Below, piece after piece: positions 50,801 through 63,581 of a stretch of 64,000 nucleotides of DNA. The stretch is from Bilabrum cf. latius (taxonomy: Eukaryota), in the NCBI GenBank assembly GCA_965178125.1, contig OZ237745.1, positions 868,001 through 932,000 on the forward strand. Direction: 5' to 3'. Made by a program: the position numbers and the translations under genes. A model generated the notes under the pieces. It saw only the letters and a program-made list of their open reading frames with translations, was not told the DNA's origin and did no database searches. How positions within the stretch are numbered: the stretch's first letter is position 1; every line of letters starts with the position of its first letter.

Positions 50801-51885
50801 GGCTGCAGTGCATCCTAGCGGTCGAGGATTCCACGCTGTCCGGCAAGTCGCCTCGGTCGGCGCACCCTGGCGGCACGCGCGGCCGATAGGGCCAATCGGT
50901 CGCATTGCGAGCATCAAGAACAGGCGCGATTTCCGCGTACCCCTCCTGCAGTCCAACGAAAGCCTAGCCTATTCCGTAGTTTCGACCAAGAGTCTTCGTC
51001 TGGGCGCTCTGCTAGCCCGCACAGTGCAGGCTGGTGCCGTTCAGGATCACGCAGGTCACATCAACCCCGCCCCCGATGGCGGTCACTGACACCCCATAAC
51101 CGGGATTGAAGATTCCAAGTGTCCCCTTATTAGTTATGGTTACCGGAGGAGCCCGAAAGGATGACCCTTCTCGTTGCCACGGTGCCACTGGCAGGATCGA
51201 GCCAATCCTATACGTGCCGATGTACGACGGCCCTCTCGCCTGAAATCCGCCATTCACACGCCCAACGCATCGAATTTGTCGGTCATGCGCACACACAAGA
51301 CACGTGTGCTGCAGCGCTGCGTGCAGGGAGGCAATTCCGTGTCTGCTGCTGCCGCCTTCGCACCCCGTCTGAATCAGCCTGAACTCGCTGCGATACCCTT
51401 TGCTTGTCGAAGAACTCTCGAAAGGCTCGACCTGGTAATTAGCATTTCTGCGAAAAAATGTAGCGGTGGGGCAACTTTGGGATTGCTGTGATTGGAGGAG
51501 GCACAAAGTAACTGAATGCATGCTTCCTGCCTCACGAACCGGCTGCGAGCAGTGATCCGTTTCGCAAGATCACATACCGCTGGTCGTTGTCTCCATTTGA
51601 ATCCGAATGACACAATACTGCAACTGCGTTGTCGCTTGGACGTGCAACCACCAGTCTCGGGTCCAGAATGGATTCATCGTCACCAATTATTGAGCTGAGT
51701 TGGCCTTCAACTTGGTTGTTGGCCTCGGATGAAGAGCATCGCACGAGTCCATTGAGGTATACGACGCATATGTCAGATCCACAGATCTCGACCTAAACTG
51801 CGGGATCCTCAACACACATAACCGAGATTACCAAAAGGAGCATCCACACCACTGGCGCACAACTGTACGGTTGCCTCCTCCACAT
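41847..51885 (-). CDS. Giant cell-surface protein: signal peptide, RCC1/BLIP-II-like repeats, IPT/TIG domains, Cys-rich module, multi-pass C-terminal membrane domain, ~3316 aa
   Basis: Exon 51885-51536, 88-nt intron, then exon 51447-41847 in one frame with 21 TAG (22 in the whole gene). Motifs GGLRCWGSGLHG*, ICWGYNQAKQLG, GGYPVTISGFGF, GGTDLLVSG*NLG, CPEGAFC, CGAGYTGPLCASC, KILVNHLQ, LGFFYSSYKHEYYFNEAV. Ends TGA. Confidence 0.8.
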
Positions 51886-52136
51886 CCAGATTCCTTCCTA
51901 TATACAGATGAAAGCGAAAATAGATAAATAACTTCCAAGCCTGTGCGAGATTAGGCAGCGGTGCCCTATTTACACGAGTATACAGCAACTCTTGCTGGGC
52001 ACACGAAAGGCAACTGCTGGTCGCACCGTGGCGCCTTCGCGCCGCGCATTCTCTGCGGAACTAAAAGCTTGATGCTGGCGTATCGTCACTGTTTCAACCT
52101 TCCTCCGGTGACCTTGCGTCGAAAGGGGTAAGCAAC

Positions 52137-53882
52137 ATGGGAAACAGCTCATCTGGGCCATCTGCTCGGGGCTCTCCTGTTCCTGGGGGACGCCAGGGGG
52201 CCGCTTCTCAATCTTCCTCTCAAGTCAAGCGGCTGGACGGAGAGCTTCGCAACAAATTCAAGAAAGGAGTGCAATTTACTATGAAAATTGTCGTGCGAGG
52301 TGCTCGAGGGACTGGAAAATCGTCCCTTGTCCGTCGTTTGCAAGGCAAACGTATTCCACAGTCTCACGAACCCAGCAAAGAGCTGCAGACATGCACGATC
52401 AACTGGGCGTACAAGTCGTCCGCCGACGTCGTTAAGGTGAGAATGCTCGATCTGTGGCAACTCCTCTTCTTTTTTTCATATCCTCTGCGCTGGCACCAGG
52501 TATGCGTGATGTCAGCCGACTGCACTTGCAGGTGGATGTGTGGGACGTTGTGGATCGCGCTCTTGACAAAGAGCAGGAAGACATAGTTGCTGTGGGAGGT
52601 GCCGGGATCGGCGACGATGAATTTGCTGGCTTGCCAGGGCAGTCCACTCGCGCAGAGCCAGCGGCTCCGAAAGATCCGTCAAGCGCCATGTCGCTCGACG
52701 CCGAATCGATTAATGTATATAAGGGAGCGCATGGTGCCGTGTTTGTCTGCGATGCGACCCAAGCTGACTCCATTCGTCACGCAGTTCATTTGCTGGCCAC
52801 TTCTCCCGTGTATATTCCCGCCGTTCTGCTGATCAACAAGGTAGACCTTGCACAGCCGGACGGCGAGGGGGGCGGAACCGGCGGGCGCCGCGCAATCGGC
52901 ACGGACGAAGTGCGGCGAATGGTCGAGGAGGCGCATGCCGGGCGCCCCGGAAGGAAGAAGGCGCAGCAGGCAGCCGCAGTCGCGGCCGAGGCCGGGCTGC
53001 CAGCCCTGGACCCTGTGCAGCCCGACGTCTTCGAATCATCGATGCTAGACGGGTACGGCCTGAAGATCCTCTACAACTACCTGAACGTTCCCTTCCTGGG
53101 CATGAAGCGGTCGAAGCTGGTAGAGGACCTCAGGAGGTGCGGGAAGGACCTCTCGGCTGCCTTGGAAGAGATCAAGGTGTACATCGACAGCCAGTCGTAT
53201 GGCCAGCACAAGCAAGCAGCCGCCGCTCGACGACTCTCGAAGCTCCCAACCGACCCACCGGGGACACCGGTGCGGTTGTCGCCCTCGGTCGACAGTCCGG
53301 GTGCCGCTAGTGGGGCCAGCTCCTCGAATGGTGCATCGCCTTCCGGTGCAAAGGCAGACGGTCAGGCTACCAGCGACTCGGGCTCTGCCACGGGAGGCGC
53401 GGCCGCCGGCCTCTCTGTGGGGCCTTATGGCGCACCACCAGGTGCGATCGGATCCGGAGGTGGGATGGCATCCAGTGAGGAAAAGAAGAAGGAGAAGGGT
53501 GGTAAGAAGGGCAAGAAGGGCAAGAAAGACAAGAAGAAGGACAAGGGGAAGGGGAAGGGGAAGGGGAAGGGGAAGGGTGCTGGGGGGCCATTCTCTGCTG
53601 GCGATGATGACGAGGAGGGCGAGTTTTCTCTGGGGGGTGGTGGCGATTTAGCTGATTTCTTGGCGGATGAAGAGGAAGATGAAGCTGAGCGACAGGCAGC
53701 AGCGAGAGCGAAGCAGGAGGCTGAGAAGCGCAAGCGTCTGATGGCGCAGTTTGGCAAGGGGCCAGAGAGCGACGAAGAAGATGACGATGATAGTGATGGG
53801 GAGATGCCAGGGCAGTATGCGCCAGCACCCGCACCGACGCCAGCACCCGCACCGACGCCAGCACCCGCACCGACGCCAGCAC

Positions 53883-53919
<37 letters not shown>

Positions 53920-54577
53920 CGACGCCTCGGGCGAATTGGATGATTTTGCAATCGGTGGCCCATCTGGTGGCGATGCTCTCGGTGGCCTGCTCGGCGGTGA
54001 TGACGACGACGACGTCGATGACCTTGCGCCGCCTCCCGCGGCCAGCAGCGGAGGCGGTCTTGGGGGCCTCCTCGACGACGATGACGACGACGATGAGGAT
54101 GGTGGTGTTCTAGGCCAGCCTCCCATGGCTGGTGGTGCTGCGTCGCTTGGTGGCCTGCTCGATGATGACGACGAGGACGACGACGGGGACATTGGCGGCG
54201 GTGGCGGCCAACACTTTGGCCTGTCGCCCGACGATGACTTGGACGGAGATGACGGCGAGATCAACGTGGCTCCGATCCCCATCGAGCCGGTCGTGCAGCC
54301 AGTGCCTCTCTCTTCATCAAAGACGGACACAAATGAAGATACCAAGGACGATGAGGCGGCGGGGGAGCCTTCCTCGGCAGCTCAGGCCATGATTGCAGCA
54401 GCACTCGAGGCAGCCAAAGAGCAGGCCGCGGCGGCAGCCGACAGCAGCTCCAAGAAGAAATCGTCCAAGAAGAAGGGCAAGTCGAAGAAATCCAGCGACG
54501 GCAAGAGCAAGAAGTCCAAGAAGTCGAAGAAGAGCAAGAAAGAAAGTGACGACGATGAGGAAGGGCTGCCACTGTGA
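52137..54577 (+). CDS. RABL6: Rab-like protein 6 (RABL6/RBEL1)-like GTPase, 781 aa, 2 exons
   Basis: Exons 52137-52436 and 52532-54577 (95-nt intron). Motifs KFKKGVQFTMKIVVRGARGTGKS, INWAYK, DVVKVDVWDVVD, NKVD, GYGLKILYNYLNVPFL, and an acidic then Lys-rich tail. No TAG; ends TGA. Confidence 0.88.
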
Positions 54578-54725
54578 GAGCCGGTGAAGTAGCACAAGCG
54601 CAACCCCTGTCTCCGTGGTGAACAGGTCACTTGCAAGTCGAATCCGGAACAGGATCCCGGATGTGTTCTGGAATTGAGGCGTAGCCTATTTATTGCAACT
54701 GCAGGTTTTTTGTTTCTCTTCGAAT

Positions 54726-57700
54726 TCACCGTCCAGTCATGGCAGCGTCTATCAGCCCAGCGCACGCCACCATCGCCTCCCCAACTTCAGCCTTGCTCAT
54801 GCCGGCCGCAGGCCACCACCAGGCACACCGCCGGCCACCACCAGTTCTTGGCGTACTGACCGGGCCTGTGGTGACAGTGGGAGGCTACACAGCGGCGCCA
54901 GCTCCGGCCACGTGACCTTCCAGCTCCTCTGTCCCTGTCCCAGCCACCTCGACTTCCAGCGGCGTGCCGTCCATGCCTACCAGGCTCACACTGCCGCGCC
55001 TCCCGCGCCGTTTCTTACTTTTTCTCAGCTCCGGCTTTGAAAATGCACTCGATCTTCCAACTCCCGCGACAGATTCGTCAGGTACTCGCTCAGCTTTCTC
55101 TTCTGACCCGGCAGACGGTGAGGAGCCATCTAGACCCAGCATTTCAGTGGCAGTAACGTGTCCGTGCTTCTCAGAAAGCTCCGTAAATCTAGTTTGCTCC
55201 TACAGCCCCTCTGCCAGTGCCGCCTGTTTCTTCTCGATCGCAATGTCGACCGAGTCCACCACCGGAGCAAGCAGCGCCTGCATATCGATGGGGCCCTTGA
55301 CCACTGCAAATGCAGCTCTCCACTTGCGTCTCTCGGCGACTGCTGCCTTGTGGTGCATCAAAAGCTCTGGCTGCACTCGTTTTTCTACAGTACCTGCAAC
55401 GCGCACCCATGACTGCACCGCAGTGGGGGTGCTCGGGTGCTCTTTCAACGACCATGGCAAGCTCAGGGGATTCGCGTGGAAGGGATACTCCGGGCCATAC
55501 CATCGCTTCAAAGAAATGCTGGAGCCAAGCGAGTCCAAAGCCTTGACCAGCGCTGGAAGGTACACGATGCCATTCCACATGAACGGTGGCACGCTCGGGT
55601 CTGCGTCTGAGCGGGCGGGCGTCTCCTCATTATGGTCGCTATCGCTTGAACTGACGCGCAATGACTTGCTTGGGTCATCTTGTGGATTGGTGACGTCATC
55701 GAGCGTCTTTGGAACATGCCACGAGGGTTCCTACGGCAGTCCTTGCCACTGCCTCGCCAGCCGGACCAGCTGCACGATCGCCTGCCTGAGCTCGGCAAGG
55801 GTACGAGTCAGCAGTGCGAAGGCTTCGTGTCTGTCTTGCAGCCTTCCCCCTCCCACCCATCTCCTTTCCCCGCTCGACAGATCACCCTTCAGGCGGACTA
55901 GCAAACGCTCAGTGCTAATTGTAGCGGCCACCAGCTCGCTGCTGATGCCAGTCGACCGGCCAAGCGCCACTGCTTGTAGACCGCCAGGAGATAGCGAGCC
56001 CAGTCCCCGCCGCTGCGATGGTTCCTCGGTTTCGTCGTGCCTCGCATCGTTCTCGACACGTCTGTGCTCTCCGACCAGGGTTCCATCCTCTGAATTGTGC
56101 TGCTTTCTCTGAATGTAAGCGAGCCTGCTCTCGACGCGTCGTTCGAGCTCACCGAGGTCGACGTCCTGCTGCTTGGCCACGGCCTCGGCACCCGCGCGCC
56201 CCAGCGTGGCTTCGCTGGCCTAAAGAGCACTGAGCAACTCAAGGTCGTTCCCAAGCTCCCGAGCCATCGACTCCTCTCGCAGGGCATCGACCGTGGACTC
56301 CGCTAGCTTGATCTCCGACAGGGCCTCTCCAAGCCGGAGGGGTCTCTACCTCGACCTGCCAGGCGGTGCGCCCGAGCCCCGACGCGTGGCCTACCCACCG
56401 CTACGGGGGTTCGCACCCACGGATGAACTGAGCCTTTCTGCGGGCACATTTCGGCTCGCTGCCAGTCTTGCCTCCACCTTGGCTGTCTCGGCTGCGCTTG
56501 TCTTGGCCTCTCTGGCACGGCGCGCGTGCTCGCTCTCAACCCGCACGAACGTGTCGTCCCAGCCAGCCTCTTGCTTGGCCGCAAAGTCTGAGTGGATCTT
56601 CTGCAAGCGACGATTTTCCCGTTTGTATTTGGGAATGCGTCTACCGATCCCGTCTCCTTGCTATACGGATGTACTAGCAAAGGCGGGCTGATTTATGGCT
56701 GACTCGTCAAGGGACTCCAGTCGCGGCGTGGTCTTCGGCTACGAGGCTCTCATTGGTCCGCCTGCCTCGTGAGCCCCGTCATCTCCATGCTCCGCAGGCA
56801 CTACGCCCCAGATGCGCCGCAGGGCCTCGTGTTGCTTGAGCAGCAGCATGTCCTCGAGGCTTCCACGTCCGGGGACGAACTTGCGCCGGTGCTGGCCCCG
56901 CCTCAGAACGAAGCTGGAAGGCACGCGATGCAGATCTTCCTGCGGACCGTCCCTGCGCGAATGCCACGGAGCGAGAGTGCATCAAGAAACGAAGTTAAAA
57001 GATAAGGCGAAGCAAAAAAAGGGCTTTGGCGACCCAACCCTGTCATCCGGGCGTTGATTGAGATAGCATTCCATCAACAGTACACTCACTTGAACTTGAC
57101 ATTGAGGTAGCCCCCATGAAGCACGTCTACTATTGTGGCAGGGTGCCCTTTCCTGTTACCAACAGGACCATCAATACCAGGAATTCTACCGTCTTTTGCA
57201 TGCCCAGCAGTAGGTAGAGGTGCTGAGCTGGACGCACGTCTACCTCCTGGCACAGATTCGCCCATCTCCTACTCTGAGGCAGCCTGCAGCCGCAAGACTC
57301 GCTCTCTCTCTTGCATTTGTTCCCTATAAGCCTCCGTGCAGTACCGTCTCCTCAGTGGCCAGTCGTCTGTGAAGGACAGCCCGGGAGGGGCATCCATGCG
57401 GGGCCGCCGGAAGAAGCACTCCACAGTCTCGCCTTCTCTGAACGGTATGGCGCCCGCGACATGCCTGGCAAACCTCCACTCTACCTTGCGCAGCCTCTCT
57501 TCGTTGTCCTCTTCGGTTCGCAAGTCCTGCGTGGGCAGTGCAGCAGACCGAGCAACGAACAGCCTGGCGCTTCGTCTCGCCCGGAGCGCTTCTTGCCGGA
57601 TGGCTCCAATCTGCTACAGTGCTGCCTCGGACCGCAGCCGCATTCGCTCTGCTAAAGATGCCGACACTGCACCGCTGGAGCTCAAATTGATTGCAGCTGC

Positions 57701-58864
57701 TCGCTGCCCGCCACGCGCCTGCAACGAGTGCTGCATGTGCACGAACGACGACATGTGCGGCAAGTGTGCCAACGATTCATTGCGAGTTTCCGGCTGGCCC
57801 GTGCCGGACTCAATGGACCGCAGCTCGGTGGCACGACCTACTTCTTCCGAGCCTGCCTTTAAATCCTAAGAGGGAGCGCCAGCGCCGTTGGGTGCGCTTG
57901 CGCCGCCTTGCAGAGGGCCTCCTTGTTCATCTTGGAGTGGCGAGGGAGAGAAGCCCATCGATGCATGGTGAAGTTCTCTAGTCACCTGCTGGGCAATAGA
58001 AGCATCGGTTACTTGGGCTCCTGTCGACCCGATGCTGCTGCTGCCGTCAGGGGATGAGGGCTGCCTGGCCTGTGCGATGGCCAGCAACTCGCGGTTGACC
58101 GCCGCGGCGTCTGGTTGAGATCGCTCTGCCGCTGCTCGAATAAATGCCGTAGAATCCTTGAAACTTACTTCTGTTGCTTTCCCACCGTTCCGCAACTTTG
58201 ATGCTTCCGCCGATGCACTCTCCCCAGCCCGAGAGTCGCCGTCATCATGGTCGCCCTCGATTGCGGCTGCAGACTCCTGCAGCCGCTGCTGCAGGGCATT
58301 GTATCCTAGTGTCTCCACGATGTCTGCAGTGGCTTCCTTCCACAGCCCCTCCCGGACGCTTTCCGCTGGCAAGGCAGCTGCGAAGTGGTACGGCGGCAGC
58401 GCATCTTGCGCGAGTTCTAGGAGACGTCGGTTGTCCTGAAGAAAAGCCAGGCCACGAGATACAGCCAAATCTTTCGTCTCGAAGGATAACGGCTGCTATC
58501 TAATACGACAAACTACCAGTGCTGTGGTCCACAGTCTACCATCCACTGCAGGAAGTGGGCAAATTGGCATCGCGTCCACCGCTCTCGGTCCCAACAGGTT
58601 TCGGACCAACGTGGTTGACATTCTCCAAGATCCATCAGATTCCTAGCCGGATAAAAGAGCCTTAATATGATCTTCGATATTGTGCCCGTACTTGCTCCTC
58701 CTGCCGGCCTCTTCAGCTCGTTTCTTTGAAATAATGCGCAATCTCGTGTGCACGTGCACGCGCTTCAAATAGGTTTCTGGGGAGTCTGTGCTCGATTTCC
58801 CCTTGCTTCTCGCGTGCCTAGAGACCTTTGAAGACAAAAAGGCATCCACAAACGCTTTATTCAT
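54726..58864 (-). CDS. Hypothetical coiled-coil protein with a Tudor/SH3-like module, ~1333 aa
   Basis: Exons 58864-57090 and 56952-54726 (137-nt GT-AG intron), 13 TAG. Motifs FREGETVECFF and PATIVDVLHGGYLNVKFKDG..RVP across the splice junction. Ends TGA; start uncertain. Confidence 0.65.
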
Positions 58865-58988
58865 CGCATTTCGTCCATATATCGACTGAAATGAGCATCT
58901 CCACTACCGGACATATTACTAGTTCCTAGCGAACCTCGGTTTGCTGCAACGAACCTTAAGGAGTTTTACCGCAGATTTCGACTCACAG

Positions 58989-59593
58989 ATGCCACTGTTT
59001 CATTTATTTGTAGTAAATAGCGCGGGGACTCAATTATATGCTAGGGTGAGACAGCGTACATGACCTAAAGGGGCCCCGGTGACCCTTCTATTCCATCACT
59101 TCAATGAGAGGTAGGTCTGCACATCTCCGGCTATTTGCAGGTGTTTCCGGGAGGGAAAGACCAGGGACCGAACGCAAAATTAATGACTTCTTCTACGATA
59201 TTTTCTTTATACAGCCAGGCAAGCGAAGTGAGGCTCTTTTGGCTAGTCTGCAGGATCGCTGCCATTTCGCCCGACTGGATCGCACACGTCTGTATTGCTC
59301 CCTTGTCTGCGACGCAGTTGGCACCAACGAGGGCTGGAGGGTTCAGGTTTATCAAAGCATCTACATTCGTACTTCGCTGCATGAAGACCCCAACAGGGCT
59401 GATGTTTGCGGCAACTGCATCAACCGGAACACCAGAGAGCGTGTTGAAAGGTTTCTTGGCGGACGTGTACAGGGCGTACGCCAATCACGTCCACAAGAAT
59501 CCGTTTTCGCAGCCTAACCAGCCGATCAAAACGCCATATTTCGGAGAAGCGGTGGAGGCAGCCGGAACGGCAGCGGGTTTGCTCTCCTCTTGA
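58989..59593 (+). CDS. TRAPPC4: TRAPP complex sybindin-family subunit (TRAPPC4/Trs23-like), 139 aa, 3 exons
   Basis: Exons 58989-59045, 59141-59227, 59318-59593. Motifs LFVVNSAG, KLMTSSTIFSL, FVLRCMKTPTGLMF, VYRAYANHVHKNPF, PIKTPYF. Ends TGA. Confidence 0.8.
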
Positions 59594-59862
59594 CAGTTTC
59601 AATGCAGCGGCAGCAAGTGTAATAAGATCAAACTATCAGATCTTGGAGAGTGCTGCGGCACATGCCAGCTTCGGTTTTCGCAATCAACGTGCCGTAATGT
59701 ATGGCTATCACAGCAATCGAGACCACCCTACATATTCGGTATGCCAGACAAAGGATCTGCACTACTTGAAGGTACCCGTACGGACCCTTGGGCTTTGCCC
59801 CGATGCAACCATTCATAGCCCTTCCGTGCAGTTTCGTAAACACTGCTTCATACTAGAAGGTA

Positions 59863-62800
59863 TTACTGGTACACTCCCACTGCCCCGGTGGCTTGACGGC
59901 GACACACAGGGCACTTCGGTTCCTGCCCGCGATCCCGCGCCTCTCTCACGACCTGCTGGGTGCACGCAGAGCACATGACCAGGTGACCGCAGGGCACCAG
60001 CACGGAGCACACGCGATGCTCCATGCACACCACGCACTCCCTGTCTCCCCCGTGGGCAGGACCGTCTTCCGGCATCGGACCATCAAACCCACCGGCAGCG
60101 CCGTCCGCGCCGCTGCCGCCGCTCACCATCCGGTCCAGCCCGAGCTGCCTGAGCAGCTCACCGTGGTCGTCGTCATCTTGATCCACCACCGGATTCAACC
60201 CATCTATGTCCTCCTGTAGGGCATCCAACTCCTCCTGGAGCTCCTGATCGACGTCCTCATTGTCCTCTCCGCCTAGAATGCGAGCCGCTGACTGCATCGC
60301 GGGACCGAACCCTGTTGCCATCAGACACCCGAACTGAACGAGGCGCAGCTTCCAGTCAGGGCCCAAGGCATCCCCAAGCGGCACGTAATCCTCCGGCAGT
60401 TCCATGCCCAGCATAGCCTTTGCCCTGTTAATGAGACCCATTTGCTCCTGCTCCGCATTGTGCAAGGCAGCCACGCACCGCTTCAGCTCTCGAATAAAAC
60501 CAGCCGATAGCCCTGCAGCGCCGCCGTTTGTTGCAGGCGAACCGAGCATGCACCTGCGAACTGTGTCTCGCAGCATAATGGCACCAGGACCTTCTGCCTC
60601 TGCCTCCATCGGGATGATTCCACCACTCCTGGGAGACCAATCCGCACCAGCACCTGATGCAGGCGGCGGGAGACCATCGCTCATGCTTGTGCTCTCGCCA
60701 GCGGCTAATTCGCCGCCCTAATGGCCACTCTCAGCGTCGTCGGCAGCTTCACCGCTGCCTCCCTCGGCATGTTCACGAGGCTCTGCTTCGTCCTGAGCAC
60801 CTAGTAGGGCGGGCGCGCTCTCCCCTTCTAGAGCTTGCAGCATGCGCGCGAACTGGAGCCGCCGGTTGTCGAGCAGCTCGGCGCGGGAGGTGCCGTCTAC
60901 CACCGTGTGGGTCCTTTCTGTCCACGCGCACGCATTCGAGACGATCGCCAGCTGAGCCGGGGTCGGGTCAACGAGGAGGCCGTGTACCGCCAGGGACCGG
61001 ATGGACTCGGCCTCTTGCCTCTCGCGAGCACCGTGGTCCGGTTTCTCCGAGTTCGACGGGCTAACGCTGAGAAAGTCATCTATGCTGCTGCCCCAAATCA
61101 AATCGCGGGCCCTGTTCTCGTCGCAAAGGACCTCCAAGCCGGCGGCTGCCTGTTCAGCACGCAAGCCCTCAGGATCTCCGCCGCCTACACCGGACGAAGA
61201 GCCTGCTGCTGTGGCCGCCGCGGCTGAAGCCTAGATCTAGTTGGCGGTGGACCTCTGCAGCGCAACGGTTCCACTCGCTATCTCTACAGCCAGCTCTGCG
61301 TTCTGGTCTGCCAAGGAGGCCGGTCCCGGAGCGGGGTGAAACCTTCCGCTCATGCTGCCGCCGTGACCAATGTGTCCTACTACGTCTCGTACCGGCGGCT
61401 CCGCAAACAGCCGAAAGTAGCTGGAGCTGATCCTTCGCATGGAGCGAATCACGCTGAGCTGAAGCTGCAGGCGAGCATCCTGCGTCAGTCTTGGGCATGC
61501 CAGCAGCATACGCAGGATCTCGGACGGGCTCAGCCGCGCGCTAGCGAACCTTCGATAGAGAAGAAATACGGCCCTGTCTTCGTGCGACGGCTGCTCTTGC
61601 AGCGCTCCAGTTGCTAGCCGCCCTAGCGCGACCCTGTACTGCTCGTCCCCATCGACCATCAGAGAGGCGCATGGCACTCTGAGTCGAATTCGGTCGGGTA
61701 GCACGAGCGAGTAAGCAGCGAGAATTGAGTCGTCGATGGTACGTAAGGCCACTCGGGCCGTGTCATCATCCGGCAGGCCTGGGACGTTCCGCTGTCGGAT
61801 CGCGGCGTCGGTGGACTTGAGCCTCTAGAGCACAGGGGCGCCTTGTAGGCCGTATGCCAGCGATGCCCGTCGGTCAAGCCCGATGCCCCTGCGCAATAGC
61901 CTGTGGATCTAATACGCACTGACTCCAGCCATTGCCAGTGCCGCTGCATAGTAAACCACGGACTTTATCCGTATGCTGTCCACCTTGGCATTCCAGGCGC
62001 CGATCGAGCGCTCCACGAGCAACCCGCCAGCGGTGCCAGGAACGCAGCCCCGAAGCTCCAACATCGTGCCTCCTTTTCTATCGGGCACTGCGAACAGTTC
62101 CCCACCAATGAGCGCTTTGGATCCGACTGGGAGCGACTCTTCCACCACGGCCATGCTCTTGGCGACCGTCCCGAGGCCTTGCAGCAACCCGGCGAGAGAA
62201 GGTAGGAGCGAGACGATACTGCCCACCCACGTGCGATTGACTGCCCACTTTTTCTGCTGCTTGTCTTTCCAGAGGCGCTCGGTTTTATGCGGTGCTGGCT
62301 CCTCCAATCCCACTGCGGGAGCCCCAGGTGCGGTTGCAGGCGGACTGGCAGTGGAGACCCACCCGTATTCGAACGGTCTGCCACCGGCTCGTTTCGAAGA
62401 TTTTCTAAGTGCAGGCACTCGGGCAGAGACACGGCCCCTTGGCAGCACGTGCGACTCTTCTTGCGCTCTTGCTCCGCTTCCGCTTCCGTCCTGCCTAAAC
62501 CTCCGCTGGTGCGGGGTGGTACCGTCCAGGAGGTACTCGAGCAGGAAGGACGTGAGAGTATCTTCCGGCTGCGACGATACTGCAGGCTTCTGTCCGGGTG
62601 AGGCTGCTGCAGCTGCTGCTGGCTGCGACTCTGTGGCAGTGGCATGATTCCGAGTGCCGAGTTGGTGCTCGCCTGGCAGCATGGAGGAGAGGTGCTGGAG
62701 ATCCGAGCGAGCGCCGCCTCCCAGCGTGTACTTGCTTGCCTCGTGGGCCAAATCACTTTCTTTCATGACCCCCGCTTCGAGAAGCGTTTCATTCAGCACG

Positions 62801-63333
62801 CCGCCGGGCATGGTAATCTCCATTCGCCTTTCACCAGTCTGGCGTAGCAGGGAGTCCTTACCCGGACCACGTGATCCGAAACGGGGCTGTACGCGGGATG
62901 ACATTGCCAGTCTAGCACCCAAATCATGCGGAGAGATTGCAACCTGTATTCCTTCATCAGTGGTCAAGGTAGGCGAGTGATGCACGCAGCAGCTGCCCTA
63001 GGACACTACAATGTCCGTTCTAACTCCTAGCGCCTCCATGAGAGTCGAAGCAGCGCGAAGGACATAAACTTCGCGCTTTGCAACAGCCGGCTACTTCCCC
63101 ATCGTTTCGATCGCGTCAGATTTGGTCGACAAGGCGCCCTCGATGAAGCCCTTTGCACAGGAGCCGTGCTTCTTGCCTAGCCGGGCCAAATCCATCGCAT
63201 CCCGAGGGATAATCTGCCACCTGTTGAATGAAGTAGCTTTACTTGAAAAGTATAAGCCCGTGATCCCTGCGACGATCGCTGCTGAGGCCGAGACAGCGGC
63301 TGCCGCCAGCAATTCCCGGTCTTTGTCCTGCAT
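59863..63333 (-). CDS. MUL1/SP1-like E3 ligase (TM, GIDE-like, TM, C-terminal C3HC4 RING), ~1156 aa
   Basis: One frame with 7 TAG (63091, 62998, 61909, 61825, 61237, 61231, 60718). N-terminal TM, GIDE-like EESLPVGSKALIGGEL, a second TM, RING CVVC..LVPCGHLVMCSAC..CPVCR. Ends VYQ-TAA. Confidence 0.72.
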
Positions 63334-63581
63334 ACAAGACGCTCAAAGCCAAGCAAGCAATCAGATTCTCGACAAGTGACAAACAGTGTAAAAGTTGTGT
63401 TGCCTTGACGAGCAACAAGAGACGCGGGCCAATACTTATCGAAGGAATGAGGCGAATTCTCCAAACGAATAGCCTGTCCTCGTCACGATCTGTGCCACTC
63501 TACTTGGCGTCTAGGCTGTACCGATCATATTGCTTTCACTTGATGAGCAAACTGAAGCTGTCGAAAGTCTAATACGCTCCA

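Noticed and set aside
11185-63333. Cluster of pseudogenes with premature stops
   Set aside because: Interruptions are exclusively TAG, with no frameshifts and mostly intact family motifs. Neutral decay would also create TGA, TAA and indels.
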